From Planctomycetota bacterium (GTDB taxonomy: Bacteria; Planctomycetota; SZUA-567; H5-PLA8), in contig JBBRPR010000056.1 in the NCBI GenBank assembly GCA_038227875.1, positions 1 through 55,275 of the forward strand: DNA of 55,275 nt, given 5' to 3'. This document shows positions 1 to 10,306 of the stretch, one piece after another. The notes below the pieces were generated by a model. The model did not search any database and was not told the DNA's origin. It worked only from the letters and a program-made list of their open reading frames with translations. Numbering within the stretch: the stretch's first letter is position 1; the number at the start of each line of letters is the position of its first letter. The position numbers and the translations under genes were made by a program.

Positions 1-137
1 ACTGGATTGTAAACCGCGTCTGTCCTGTAGACAAAGCGGTCAATACGAAGCGAGCCCCTTGACGAGGCCGCGAAAGGAAGGTACGTTTCGGTTTCGGCTA
101 CGGACGTTCAACCAATTTCAACAACGGATGGGACATC
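1..137. mobile_element. possible end of an insertion element (IS110-like?) interrupting the kinase gene
   Basis: Kinase similarity stops near 138 and the frame has a stop at 60-62. The segment ends ...TTCAACAACGGATGGGACATC with a small hairpin. No transposase is visible in the window. Confidence 0.25.
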
Positions 138-1040
138 CGCTTCAATCAACCAACGGGAGTTACCGCAAAGGTCGCTGACTTCGGCTTAGGAAAGCGCCTC
201 GATTCCGGTTCTGTTCTTACCAAGCCGGAAGACAATCATTACGGTCGAGCTCATTACACAGCACCGGAAGTAATAGATTCGCTTTTGAGCGCGAGCAAGG
301 CAAGCGACGTTTTCTCGTTGGGAATGATTCTAAAGTTCATCTTAAATGGCAGAAGTCCCAATCGGAAATATGAAGGCCCCTTTGCTGCGATTGTGAGAAA
401 GGCCACTGAAGAAGTGCCTGGCGACCGCTACGACGATGCGATCGTACTTTCGAAGGCTTTTCAGGACATGAAGAAGGTTGTTTTCGCCCCACCCGACACA
501 CCAAAGACGGTCGCTGAGTTATTGGCAAGGGGAGACAAAAACGTTAACTGGCAGGTGTTCCACCACGTCGCGACGACCCAGGAACTTGATTCAAACTTCG
601 ATGCATTTCTGTTTCCAACCAATTTCATTTTACTACAGGAAGGCGCGATTCGGAACTATTATGAGATTGTTGGCGAAGAAATTGGAAAATTTGTAGAGGT
701 ATATAAGGTTGCGCTTGCAAAGCTGGGTGGATATTGGAATTTCGACAATGCATCAGATTTTGGCAAGGTAATGAATGGAATCTTCTACGTCACAAAGAAC
801 AATACTACGAAACTAAGTTGCGCGTTGGAAATGTGGGTATGGGCGTACTACAGAGACCGCTGGAATACGCAATCGTTAGTAAACGAGTTGCTTCAGCACA
901 TACCTTCGACTATCGAGCATGATTTTGCGGCCGAGATTCTTGCTATGGACGGCACACTCACTAACGGCGAGCAACTCCGAGGGGTGACAATGTCGCCAGT
1001 AATTCGGAATGCGGTCAACCGTGTGTTAGAGAGAAAGTAG
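138..1040 (+). pseudogene. 5'-truncated Ser/Thr protein kinase with an uncharacterised C-terminal domain
   Basis: The frame upstream of ORF 285 reads AKVADFGLGK...YGRAHYTAPE...SDVFSLG (subdomains VII-IX). The HRD loop and N-lobe are missing, with an in-frame TGA at 60-62. Codons are AT-richer than in neighbouring genes. Confidence 0.7.
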
Positions 1041-1042
1041 CA

Positions 1043-3541
1043 TTACTTCAAATTCAATGCCTTCTCATCCAACCCCGCGTCCTGCAGCGCGAGGATGACC
1101 GACGCGTAGCGGCCGGTGCCCTGGGTGTTTTGATAGACCTTGACATACCAACCCGGCATCTGGTCCATGCGTTTGCGCAACGCGGGCCAGTCGTCTTTCC
1201 ACGGATCGCCTTTGTTCGCGGCGGCGGCGGGAATGCGCTCGCTCAGCGCCATGCACTGCTTCACGCCGTCGAGGTACTTCGAGTCCTTCCCTTCCAGGTA
1301 AGCCCAGGCTTCGATCTCCGCGGCGAAGGCGGCGGGTTTCTTCAGCGAGACGTCAGCGGCGCCCAGCAGCGCGGATTTCAGACCCGCGTCGCGCGTGATG
1401 CCATAGGCCAGGATCATTGCCATGTAGGTGTCGGTCCACGTCCGGAAATTCGGCGCGACGGCTTCTTTGCATTCCCCATCGAATAAAGTTTTGCCTTTGT
1501 CGATGAGCTTCGCATCTTCCACCGCTTCGCCGATGATGCACAACAACGACCCCGGAGCGTGGCATTCCTTCAGACCGCGGCCGCCACCGGCGAGGCAGAC
1601 GGCGTAGTCGCGGAGGTTGTCGCGCGCCCGCAGGTCGCCGGTGAGAAACCAGAGATCGCGATTGCCCAGCACATCCATGCCATACGTCGTAACCACCGCG
1701 CCCCACGGCAGCATGTCGTGACGGTGCGCGGAGCCAAGCGGGTGGGCGCCTTTCACTTTCGGATTTTCGTAGTGAATGGTGGTTTCGTCGCCGATTTGCC
1801 GCGCGCTGGCCTCGGCCATCTTGAGGTACTGGCGTTCACCGCTACGCACGAACGCGCGGAACATCTGGTGAACCAACTGGCCGTCATTAAGGATCCAACC
1901 GGCGTAATCGCGCCAGACCCACGTTCCCGGCGGCCCGTTGGAGTAGCGTTGATTGTGGTTGTCGAATTCGATGAGGATGCCGCCGAAGTCGAAAAATCCT
2001 TCCCATTTAAACAGGCTCTGGTTTTTCTGAACCCACGCCCAGAGCGTCTCGTTCTGGCGTTCCATGCCGGGAAATTTCTCGCGGTTGACCGCGGCCATTG
2101 TCCCCATCGTTTTGCTGGCGCAGACATGCGCGGGATCGGCCCAGCCCCACGCCGGTTCCTGCGCGGCGCGAGCCACGTCGAGCGACGCCTTGAGTGGGCC
2201 GGACTTCGCATCGGTTCCGCCTTTGCCGCCATACGCCGCCCAGATTTCGTGCGTCTTGGCCCAGCCGCACGCCACGCCGGCGAGCGTTGTTTCGCCGCGA
2301 ATGGTCTCGCCGTAAAGCGAATTGCGGCAGTCGATCAAGAGGTCGCCGTGCTCGGGCCAGAGGTCGACTTCGACACCGTTGGCATCGACGGCCAGCTCCT
2401 TGGGATGAAGGTGTTTGAAATCGCGGACGGAGACCACCACGGCGCCATTGGCGCCGCGTGCGAAAACGAATCCGGGCGGATCCTGGCCGCTCATGCCCGC
2501 CAGCTTTTTTCCAGCGCCGTCGAACACGTCGTAGGCGACCACCTTCTTTGGCGCGTCGGCGGGTTTGATGCCGTTGTGATTGATCTCCGGCCCGATGGAA
2601 AGCATGTACGCACCCTCCGCCGGCTTGACGTCGTGAAGTCCCGTCGCGCCGCCAAACGCGGCAGCTTGAACACCGGCCACATCAAAGCGGAGCCGAATGC
2701 GGCGGACGAAGAACGCATACGGATCTTCGGTGAAGGTAAACGAGTGCTGAATTTTAACGTACGGCTTTCCCGCGAACGCCGTGACGCGGACATCAAAGCG
2801 GCAGGCCTTCTGACCGGCGCCCTGGTACCAGCCTTTGACCAGGATCGTGGCGCGCAGGTCGTTCTTCTGCTCGACGAGGACTTCGGCAGTCGCTCCGTTG
2901 GCGGACAATTCAACGCGCTTGGCATCGGTCGGCGCGGGGCGCTTCCAGTTGCCCCGCGTTTCGGGCGGATTCATCGCCGGGCCGCTGGTCAGGTACGAGA
3001 GGTCGTTCAGACCGCCCTTGCTGACCACGACCGAGTTGATCGTCACCTCTTCGGGAATGCCACCGCCGGTGGGCGTGAGCTTGAAGCTCATGGCGCCGGT
3101 ATCGATTTTGACGCCGGTGCCGTCGGCGCTGACTTGAAGCTTTGCGGCCGCAGCCGGAACTGCCGTACTTGTCCTTGCATCCCAACTCAGATGCAGCGCG
3201 GTTTTGCTCGACGCGGGAAGTGTAGCTTGGGTATCGAGGAGCACCCACTTCACCGAACCGTCCGGCCATTTCGCCGTCACCTGCGCTTGCAGCGGCAGCG
3301 GTTTGGAATCCGGGCCGCTGACGCGCAGCGCCGCGGCGTCCTTGAGTTGACCTTCGGCGAACGGCACGCCAACAGTCACCGGCCAGGCCTGGCGGTCGAC
3401 TCCGGCCGCTTCCTCGACAGTCACGTCCACCATTTTTGAATCCACGGTTGCAGCGCGAGATCCAGAACTGAGCCCGAAGACAACGACACACGCCACTCCG
3501 AATAGGCAAACCCCAAAACGCTGGTTGTCTCGTGACAACAT
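1043..3541 (-). CDS. secreted exo-rhamnogalacturonan lyase-like (PcRGLX/YetA-like) protein
   Basis: Signal peptide. N-terminal VTVGVPF...PLQAQVTAKWPDGSVKWVLLD motif typical of this family, and a helical C-terminal domain. AGGAG RBS. Confidence 0.65.
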   Translation of the reverse strand: MLSRDNQRFGVCLFGVACVVVFGLSSGSRAATVDSKMVDVTVEEAAGVDRQAWPVTVGVPFAEGQLKDAAALRVSGPDSKPLPLQAQVTAKWPDGSVKWVLLDTQATLPASSKTALHLSWDARTSTAVPAAAAKLQVSADGTGVKIDTGAMSFKLTPTGGGIPEEVTINSVVVSKGGLNDLSYLTSGPAMNPPETRGNWKRPAPTDAKRVELSANGATAEVLVEQKNDLRATILVKGWYQGAGQKACRFDVRVTAFAGKPYVKIQHSFTFTEDPYAFFVRRIRLRFDVAGVQAAAFGGATGLHDVKPAEGAYMLSIGPEINHNGIKPADAPKKVVAYDVFDGAGKKLAGMSGQDPPGFVFARGANGAVVVSVRDFKHLHPKELAVDANGVEVDLWPEHGDLLIDCRNSLYGETIRGETTLAGVACGWAKTHEIWAAYGGKGGTDAKSGPLKASLDVARAAQEPAWGWADPAHVCASKTMGTMAAVNREKFPGMERQNETLWAWVQKNQSLFKWEGFFDFGGILIEFDNHNQRYSNGPPGTWVWRDYAGWILNDGQLVHQMFRAFVRSGERQYLKMAEASARQIGDETTIHYENPKVKGAHPLGSAHRHDMLPWGAVVTTYGMDVLGNRDLWFLTGDLRARDNLRDYAVCLAGGGRGLKECHAPGSLLCIIGEAVEDAKLIDKGKTLFDGECKEAVAPNFRTWTDTYMAMILAYGITRDAGLKSALLGAADVSLKKPAAFAAEIEAWAYLEGKDSKYLDGVKQCMALSERIPAAAANKGDPWKDDWPALRKRMDQMPGWYVKVYQNTQGTGRYASVILALQDAGLDEKALNLK

Positions 3542-3713
3542 GGACGTGTCTCCTGCCTACTCCGCCAACTACACCGCCGCGTTTGTGGCGCGAAGTACGA
3601 AAACCCGCCAAGTGGAAGGGATTTAAAATCGTGTGTCATTTCATGCTATAAATTGATCTCTGCTCATGTTGCAAACGCAAAGTCCACCCGTCTCAATGGG
3701 TAGAGCAGAAGCT

Positions 3714-3743
3714 AGACCTTTGTGCCCAAAGGCACAAAGGTCT
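3714..3743. terminator. 13-bp stem hairpin, possible terminator
   Basis: AGACCTTTGTGCC-CAAA-GGCACAAAGGTCT. No clear U-tract. Confidence 0.35.
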
Positions 3744-3783
3744 GCCACCCCGCCAAGCCGAAGGCACAAGCTCCAATCAACAT

Positions 3784-3846
3784 GCTGTTCTTTGCGAACT
3801 TTGCGGCTTTGCGGCTTTGCGTGAGAAAAAACAAGAACCGCTGCAC
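3784..3846 (-). repeat. single arm of the CGCAAAG tandem-octamer repeat family
   Basis: Reverse complement reads GTGCAGCGGTTCTTGTTTTTTCTCACGCAAAGCCGCAAAGCCGCAAAGTTCGCAAAGAACAGC, matching the arms at 7665-7887 and 31561-31766. Confidence 0.85.
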
Positions 3847-3858
3847 GCGCCCGCAACG

Positions 3859-4965
3859 CTAAACCCGAACGCGGCCGGACGTGCAGCCAGGCAGGAAGCT
3901 CACCGGGATCGTCACGCGGAAAGGCGGCATCGCGCGACAGGCGACACGGGCGGCCAGGACGCGCACCGCCATGCGGCCGACTTCACCCAGGTCGACCTGA
4001 ATGTGCGACGTCGAGGGACGGCCGAGGTGCGGAACGGCGTTGTCGGCGCAGGCCAGGCTGATGTCTTCAGGGCAGCGCAGCTTCAAATCGTTCAGCACTG
4101 CCAGTGTGGTAGGGAGGCCCCCGCCACTGCACAGCACATACGCGGTCGGCTGAAATTTGCGGTGGAAGTCCGGCAGCCGCGGCGGGATTAGCGTGCCGTC
4201 GCGCTGCATGCCCAGAATCCACTGCGGAAAATTCGGTTCGCCGCTGGCGACCATCGCGCGCAAGTAGCCGTTCAATCGCGCCTGCCACGTCGGATCGTTG
4301 CTCTTGGAATTGGGCGCTTCGCCGATGAATCCAATCACGCGGTGCCCCAACGCGAGCAGGTGCCCGGTAGCGAGATACCCGGCCTCTTCGTGATCGATGG
4401 CCACGACGTCGAACTGACTGCGCGGCTGCCAGAAATCGATCGCGACCACCGGCAGTCCATCGCGGACAAGATCGTTAAGCACCGGGCCGTTATTGAGCTC
4501 CAGTCCGATGACGCCCTGCGCGGTCTGCTGCAGGTTCTGCGAATCGAACGGTGGCGCCTCGTCGATGCTGCAACTCCGGACGCTGTGGTTGGCGATGATG
4601 TTGACGGTCGCGGGCGTGGCCAACCGGCTGGTGACGCCGACGAGGATATCGCGAGCGTAAGCCGACTCACTGATCATGCCCTGGTTCAAGGAACTGATGA
4701 TCGCAACGGAATTCAACGCGGGCAGCGGCGTGACCATTCCCGGCGGCAGTCTTAACGCCACGAACGTGCCCTGGCGCTGCTTGCGTTTGAGAATGCCATT
4801 AGCGGTCAACTCACGCAGCGCACCGCGAACCGCGCGAACGGTCGCGCCGGTTTCGCGGCGGAGCAGCGTTTCATCGATGCGCGATCCGGCCGGTAACTCC
4901 CCGCGAAAAATGCGTCCCTGGAGGAGATTGCGGACGCTGATCTGCTGCTCGTCCTGTCTGGACAT
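3859..4965 (-). CDS. GntR-type wHTH regulator with LacI-like periplasmic-binding sensor domain
   Basis: N-terminal GELPAGSRI...VRGALRELTANGILKRKQRQGTFV. C-terminal DHEEAGYLATGHLLALGHRVIGFIG and PEDISL motifs. Confidence 0.85.
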   Translation of the reverse strand: MSRQDEQQISVRNLLQGRIFRGELPAGSRIDETLLRRETGATVRAVRGALRELTANGILKRKQRQGTFVALRLPPGMVTPLPALNSVAIISSLNQGMISESAYARDILVGVTSRLATPATVNIIANHSVRSCSIDEAPPFDSQNLQQTAQGVIGLELNNGPVLNDLVRDGLPVVAIDFWQPRSQFDVVAIDHEEAGYLATGHLLALGHRVIGFIGEAPNSKSNDPTWQARLNGYLRAMVASGEPNFPQWILGMQRDGTLIPPRLPDFHRKFQPTAYVLCSGGGLPTTLAVLNDLKLRCPEDISLACADNAVPHLGRPSTSHIQVDLGEVGRMAVRVLAARVACRAMPPFRVTIPVSFLPGCTSGRVRV

Positions 4966-5160
4966 GTCTTGAGTCCGCGCCGAATTACGAACAAAAATGA
5001 CAAAGCGATTATTTTGAACACAATGCGATAAGTACCTTAATAGCGCGTGGTTTGCATTCTGTCACGCAAATAAAAATGACACTCTCATTGCTTAAAAACG
5101 ACAGTGGGCGGAGTGTATTCTTAAAGAGCGAACATGCTGACTCATTCGGAGGAACCGACC

Positions 5161-7662
5161 ATGGTCCAACCCCTGCCCCGCCCCGCTCTTCTTGCCGCGC
5201 TAATTCTGCTCGCTTTTTCCGCGCGGGCGGCGGACGTCGCGTTTTCGGTTGCGCCGAAGGCGGTGAAGAGCAGTGACGCGACGCTCATTTCGTTCACCGT
5301 CTCCGGCCGGACGGACGTGGAAGTGGCGGTGCTGGACGGCCAGGGCAAGCTCGTGCGCCATCTGGCCGCGGGCGTGTTGGGCGGAGAAAAGCCGCCGCCG
5401 GAACCGCTCAAGCCGGGACTCGCGCAGAGCCTGAACTGGGACGGCAAGGACGACATGGGCAAGCCGGTAACGGGCGGACCGTTTAAAGTTCGCGTCCGCG
5501 CCGGAATGGGCGTCAAGTTCGGCCGCATGCTCGGCGGCAGTTCGTACACCGGACTACTGACGTCCGGTGCGCCGTCCGACAGCATCGCCATCGACACCGA
5601 CGGATCCATTTTCGTGAAGATGGGCTCGTTCGTGCCGCAACTGCACGAAGCCAATCCCTGGCAGGTGCGAAAATTCGATAAGACCGGCAAGTACGTCAAG
5701 ACCGTGCTGCCGTACCCGGCCTCGACGGCTCCCGCCAAAGCCCCGGGATTCAAGCTGATCGACACCGGCGACGGCCACCTGACGCCCGCCAACACCAATC
5801 CGCTCGACGTGGTGCTCTTCAACTTCGGCGACAATTTGTACAGCCACGTGGTGGATGGCAATCTGGTCTTCATCGACGCGCGCAACGCCAAACTCAATTT
5901 CATCAAGACCGACGGCAGCAACACCTTGAAGTCCGTGCCGATGCGCTCAGGCCCGGAAAAGCTGAAGTGGGCCTCGTGGCTTTCGCCGCAGCTGGCGTTC
6001 TCCGCGGATGGGAAGTACGCGTACTATTCCAACGTCGCCAACACGCCCTACGATGGCAAGAAACCGGCGGACATCGATCCCAATTTCCCGCAAGGGCGCA
6101 TCTACCGCCAGGACCTGTCCAAACCCGGCGCCGACCCGGAGAAATTTTACGATCTGGAATTGCCCGACTTCGCCAAGAAGCCCTACTGGATGCCCAGCGC
6201 GTGGGACAAGAAAACCGCGAGCGGCGGAATCGACCTGGATGCCGAGGGCCACATTTTCGTCTGCGACCTGGTCAATCAGGAAGTGGTCGAGCTTTCGCCG
6301 GACGGCAAGAAACTCAGCGCGACCAAGGCGCCGTGGCCGGACAAGGTGATCGTGGGCCGCAAGAGCGGCGCGCTGTACGTGGTCTCGTGCGAAGTCTCAC
6401 GCGGATACACGAAACCAGCGACGCTGCTGAAGCTCACCGGCCGCGGCGACGGCGCGAAAGTCGCGGCGAAACTGCCGCTCACCGGCAGCGCCGGCCAGAC
6501 CATGACGCTCGACGAAACCGGCGCCAAGCCGGTTCTCTGGCTGGGCGGCGGTGCTGATTTGATCCGCGTGGAAGACCGCGGCGCCGAGCTGGCGCCGCTG
6601 GGCACCAGCATCGTCAACCCGAGCAAGGACGACATTGCGTTTGTCTGTTACGGCGACGTGGATGTGGAGAACGAGGACGTCTACATCACTGAAGGCATGG
6701 GGCGCATCTGGCGCTACAACGGCGAGACCGGCGAGGGCGCGCTGGCGCCGATCAAGGCCTGCGATCTGGCGGTCGGTACCGGCGGCCTGATCTACACGTG
6801 GGGCGACACCGGCAGCTGGGCTGGGCCGATCGCGCGCTATTTTCGCGATTACAAACCCGCACCGCTGACGGCCACGGGCAAGCATACGTATGGCAACGTC
6901 TATGGACGATTCGGGCGCGGCAACAACGCGCCGGGAATGGACGTCGACAACCGCGGCAACGTTTATGTCGTCTGCGGTTTCAACGACTGCAACGTCCGCG
7001 TCTTCAACGACCAGGGCAATCTGGTCGACTACGCACGCAAAGGAACGGAGGACGACAACGGCAAGAAAAAGGAAGTCCCCGTCTTCATCTCCTACGTGCT
7101 CGACCAGGGCGGCAGCCTGCGCGTCGATCCCCAGGGCAACGTCTACGTGCTGGAGATCGGACTGCCCAAGGGCCACGTACCGCCGAAGGGTTTCGAGAAG
7201 GACGCCGGCTACTCGCTCAGCAGCGGCACGATTTACAAATTCACTCCGAAGGGCGGCGAATTCAAAAAAGGCGCCAATGGTTTCGAAGCTATCGGCGCGG
7301 TGCAGAGCTACGCCGGCTGCGGACCCAACAGCGGCTCGTGGAATTCCACCCAGTCGGTCTGCCATTGCACGCGGCCGCGCTTCGATGTCGACGGCTACGG
7401 CCGGGTCTACATCCCGCACGGTTTCACCTATAATGTGTCGATCCGCGACAACGCTGACAACGAAATCCTGCGCTTCGGCAACTACGGCAATTTCGATTGC
7501 GCGGGCCCCAAGAGCGCCGAGCCGACCCCGGAAATTCCCCTCGGCTGGCCGATCTTCGTCGGCGCCAGCGAGAAGTACGTCTACATCGGCGACGGCCTCA
7601 ATCACCGCGTGGTCCGCACCGACAAGACCTTCGCGGCGGAGGCACTCTGCGAGGTGAAGTGA
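5161..7662 (+). CDS. secreted NHL/beta-propeller protein with N-terminal FlgD-like Ig domain
   Basis: GGAGG RBS before ATG 5161 and a signal peptide. LVRHL...WDGKDDMGKP (FlgD-like), repeated GIDLDAEGHIFV / GMDVDNRGNVYV blades. Confidence 0.7.
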   Translation: MVQPLPRPALLAALILLAFSARAADVAFSVAPKAVKSSDATLISFTVSGRTDVEVAVLDGQGKLVRHLAAGVLGGEKPPPEPLKPGLAQSLNWDGKDDMGKPVTGGPFKVRVRAGMGVKFGRMLGGSSYTGLLTSGAPSDSIAIDTDGSIFVKMGSFVPQLHEANPWQVRKFDKTGKYVKTVLPYPASTAPAKAPGFKLIDTGDGHLTPANTNPLDVVLFNFGDNLYSHVVDGNLVFIDARNAKLNFIKTDGSNTLKSVPMRSGPEKLKWASWLSPQLAFSADGKYAYYSNVANTPYDGKKPADIDPNFPQGRIYRQDLSKPGADPEKFYDLELPDFAKKPYWMPSAWDKKTASGGIDLDAEGHIFVCDLVNQEVVELSPDGKKLSATKAPWPDKVIVGRKSGALYVVSCEVSRGYTKPATLLKLTGRGDGAKVAAKLPLTGSAGQTMTLDETGAKPVLWLGGGADLIRVEDRGAELAPLGTSIVNPSKDDIAFVCYGDVDVENEDVYITEGMGRIWRYNGETGEGALAPIKACDLAVGTGGLIYTWGDTGSWAGPIARYFRDYKPAPLTATGKHTYGNVYGRFGRGNNAPGMDVDNRGNVYVVCGFNDCNVRVFNDQGNLVDYARKGTEDDNGKKKEVPVFISYVLDQGGSLRVDPQGNVYVLEIGLPKGHVPPKGFEKDAGYSLSSGTIYKFTPKGGEFKKGANGFEAIGAVQSYAGCGPNSGSWNSTQSVCHCTRPRFDVDGYGRVYIPHGFTYNVSIRDNADNEILRFGNYGNFDCAGPKSAEPTPEIPLGWPIFVGASEKYVYIGDGLNHRVVRTDKTFAAEALCEVK

Positions 7663-7664
7663 CG

Positions 7665-7887
7665 TGCAAGGGTTCTTGTTCCTCTCACGCAAAGACGCCA
7701 AGCCGCAAAGATCGCAAAGAACGGCTTTTTGGATGGAGATTTTCGACTGCGGCTTAAGCTCACTTACACGCCAAGACATTACGAGGCGGAATGGACATTG
7801 CGTTTACAATCTTGGCCAAATCAAAGTGGCTGTCCTTTACGTCCTTTGCGGCTTTGCGTCTTTGCGTGAGAAAACAAGAGCTCCTGC
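7665..7887. repeat. MITE/REP-like element: about 60-bp inverted arms of CGCAAAG octamers around a unique spacer
   Basis: Left arm TGCAAGGGTTCTTGTTCCTCTCACGCAAAGACGCCAAGCCGCAAAG. The right arm (7829-7887) is its near reverse complement. Confidence 0.85.
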
Positions 7888-7931
7888 ATACGCCCATTGA
7901 CAAATGACCCCGCTTGGTCTCGAATCCCTCC

Positions 7932-8828
7932 ATGGCTTTGATACTTATCGTCGGATGCGGGTACCGCGGGAAGCGGTTGGCGAAACGGTTGATCGCGGAC
8001 GGGCATCGCGTGCGGGGACTCACGCGGTCGCAGGAGCATGCGGCGGCGTTGGCGAAAATCGACATCGAGCCGTTCGTCGGTGACGTCACGCAGGCCGACT
8101 CCCTGCGCGGGATCGGCGAGGGCGTCGGCGCGGTTTACCACCTCATGGGGAGCATGGGCGGCAACGACGCTCAGCTGCAGGCGCTCCATGTCGACGGAAC
8201 ACGGAATGTGCTCGCGGCGCTCAGCGGCGCGACGCTGTCGCGCTACGTCTACGAAAGCAGCACGGCCGTCTACGGACAGATTGCCGGCGAATGGATCTCC
8301 GAGGACGCGCCGCGCGATCCGAGTTCCACGATGGGCAAGCTGCGCGTGCAGGCCGAAGACCTGCTGCTCGAAGCGTTCCGCGAACGCGGATTGCCTCTGG
8401 TGATCCTGCGGCCCAGTTCCATCTACCGGCCGGAGGGCGTGATCAATAAAAAGATCCGCGACGGCTCGTATGTGCTCACGACCGATCCCGACAAGCTGAT
8501 GAATCACATTTACGTCGACGATTTTCTGGACGTAATGGTGCGCGCGTTGACGCAGGGCAAAGCGGGCGAGTCGTACATCGTCACCGACGACGAACCCAAG
8601 CGCTACGCCGACTACGTCAACACGATCGCCGATTTAATGAGCGCGAAGCATCCGCCCGTGAGCTGGCAGGCGCCGGTGGAGCGCTGCGCGGAGTTGATCC
8701 GCGCGAGCAACAAGCGTTGCGCGAATGCCAAATTGAAGCGCGATTTTCAGCTCACGCTAAAGTTTCCGACGTACCGCGAAGGACTGCGGGAATCGGCGCG
8801 AGTCGACTGGAAGGAAGACGCGCTCTAA
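7932..8828 (+). CDS. NAD-dependent epimerase/dehydratase (atypical SDR, YeeZ-like)
   Basis: ILIVGCGYRG Rossmann motif, SSTAVYG, ILRPSSIY, KFPTYREGL. Confidence 0.85.
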   Translation: MALILIVGCGYRGKRLAKRLIADGHRVRGLTRSQEHAAALAKIDIEPFVGDVTQADSLRGIGEGVGAVYHLMGSMGGNDAQLQALHVDGTRNVLAALSGATLSRYVYESSTAVYGQIAGEWISEDAPRDPSSTMGKLRVQAEDLLLEAFRERGLPLVILRPSSIYRPEGVINKKIRDGSYVLTTDPDKLMNHIYVDDFLDVMVRALTQGKAGESYIVTDDEPKRYADYVNTIADLMSAKHPPVSWQAPVERCAELIRASNKRCANAKLKRDFQLTLKFPTYREGLRESARVDWKEDAL

Positions 8829-9298
8829 CGCTGGAATCCCAGCGCGCGCTTCAGGCGTTTCTCTGGATCGCTGGCGTCGTCGAGGTCTTCCTGCGTCTGC
8901 CGGTGGGCGTCCACGACGCTCTCCTTGTTGAACGCGAGGTAGCCGAGGAACGTCACGACCAGGCCGCCGATAAAAATGTAGACGCCGGTGTAGCCGCATT
9001 CGGAGACGAGTTTTACCGATTCCGGTTTGCCCGGCAGATGGACCACTTGCACTTTCATGTCCAGCGGCGGATGCCAGCTCTTGTCTACGGTAAAGACGCC
9101 GCTGTGGTCGAGGCCGTTCTCATCTGAAAACGCGTAGCCGACTTTGACGCGGCCATCGCTGTACTCGGATGCGTCGGTGATCGCCGCGGTGACCTTGCGG
9201 CCCGACATCTTCATCCGGACATCGTGGATGCCCCAGAAGAAACCGATCAACACCATCGCCAGCCCGAAGAACAGCGCCTTGAAGCTCGACGGCATCAT
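8825..9298 (-). CDS. DUF3592-like membrane protein
   Basis: Two TM segments flank a beta domain with VQVVHLPGKPES. GGAGG RBS. Confidence 0.6.
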   Translation of the reverse strand: MMPSSFKALFFGLAMVLIGFFWGIHDVRMKMSGRKVTAAITDASEYSDGRVKVGYAFSDENGLDHSGVFTVDKSWHPPLDMKVQVVHLPGKPESVKLVSECGYTGVYIFIGGLVVTFLGYLAFNKESVVDAHRQTQEDLDDASDPEKRLKRALGFQR

Positions 9299-9345
9299 AA
9301 CCTCCCACCAGTGAAATACGGGCGTTCAATATACGTTACAAGATT

Positions 9346-10221
9346 TTACAGATTGTCAAAACTTTCGTTATCGATCAAGCGCGTTGTGCCCACTTTCGCG
9401 GCGACAGCAGCGAGGACATCGCCTTCCAGCACTTTCAGGTCTTCCAGCGTATCGGCGTCGACGAGCGCGACGTAGTCGAGCTCCAGGTCCGGCTGCTGCG
9501 TCAGAATTTCGGCCATGGCTTCGAGTATTTTCATCGCATCGCGTTCGCCGCCGGCGATGCGGTTCCGGGCGTACTCCAGCGACTTGTGGATCGCCAGCGC
9601 CTGGCGCCGTTCGGTGGGCGAGAGGTAGCGGTTGCGGCTGCTCAGCGCCAGGCCGTCGGGTTCGCGGACGATTTCACAGCCGACGATGTCGGTGTCGATG
9701 TTCAGGTCGCGCACGACGGTGCGGATGATCAGCAGCTGCTGCGCGTCCTTGCGGCCGAAGTAGGCGCGGTCGGGATGGACGATGTTCAGCAGCTTGACCA
9801 CGACGGTGGCGACGCCGCGGAAGTGGCTGGGGCGCGAGATGCCGCAGAGCACCGAACCCAGCTCGCCCACTTCGACAAACGCACGCGTCTCGCCGGTGTA
9901 AAGATTTTCCGGCGCGAAGATGTAGTCGACGCCGGCTTCGGCGCAGATCTTCCGATCGGCCTCGAGCGTGCGCGGGTACTTCTCGAAATCTTCACCCGGC
10001 CCGAACTGTGTCGGGTTGACGTAGATCGAAACAACGACGATGTCGTTCTGTTCGCGCGCGCGTTCCATCAGGCTTTTGTGGCCCGCGTGGAGCGCGCCCA
10101 TGGTCGGCACAAAGCCGATCGATTTGCCTTCGCGGATCAATTCGCGCGACGTCGTCTGCATGTCATGGATGGTTTTCAGGATGACCGGATCGCTGGGTGT
10201 GATGGGTGTGTTGACTGGCAT
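9346..10221 (-). CDS. panC: pantoate--beta-alanine ligase
   Basis: FVPTMGALHAGH, VNPTQF, RPSHFRGVATVV, FGRKDAQQ, LALSSRN, TRLIDN. Confidence 0.97.
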   Translation of the reverse strand: MPVNTPITPSDPVILKTIHDMQTTSRELIREGKSIGFVPTMGALHAGHKSLMERAREQNDIVVVSIYVNPTQFGPGEDFEKYPRTLEADRKICAEAGVDYIFAPENLYTGETRAFVEVGELGSVLCGISRPSHFRGVATVVVKLLNIVHPDRAYFGRKDAQQLLIIRTVVRDLNIDTDIVGCEIVREPDGLALSSRNRYLSPTERRQALAIHKSLEYARNRIAGGERDAMKILEAMAEILTQQPDLELDYVALVDADTLEDLKVLEGDVLAAVAAKVGTTRLIDNESFDNL

Positions 10222-10306
10222 GGTATTTCAATGACTCCTTTTGGGAATCATTATAAAGGAAAGGATTCGAACTTCAGGCAACTTTATGACGCGGCCGCAC
10301 TCTCAA

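Noticed and set aside
1559..3439. Long antisense ORFs (also 6397-7779, 11619-12956, 14427-16358, 19799-21214, 29573-30898)
   Set aside because: These are shadow frames of high-GC genes with no recognisable motifs, fully overlapping well-supported CDSs.
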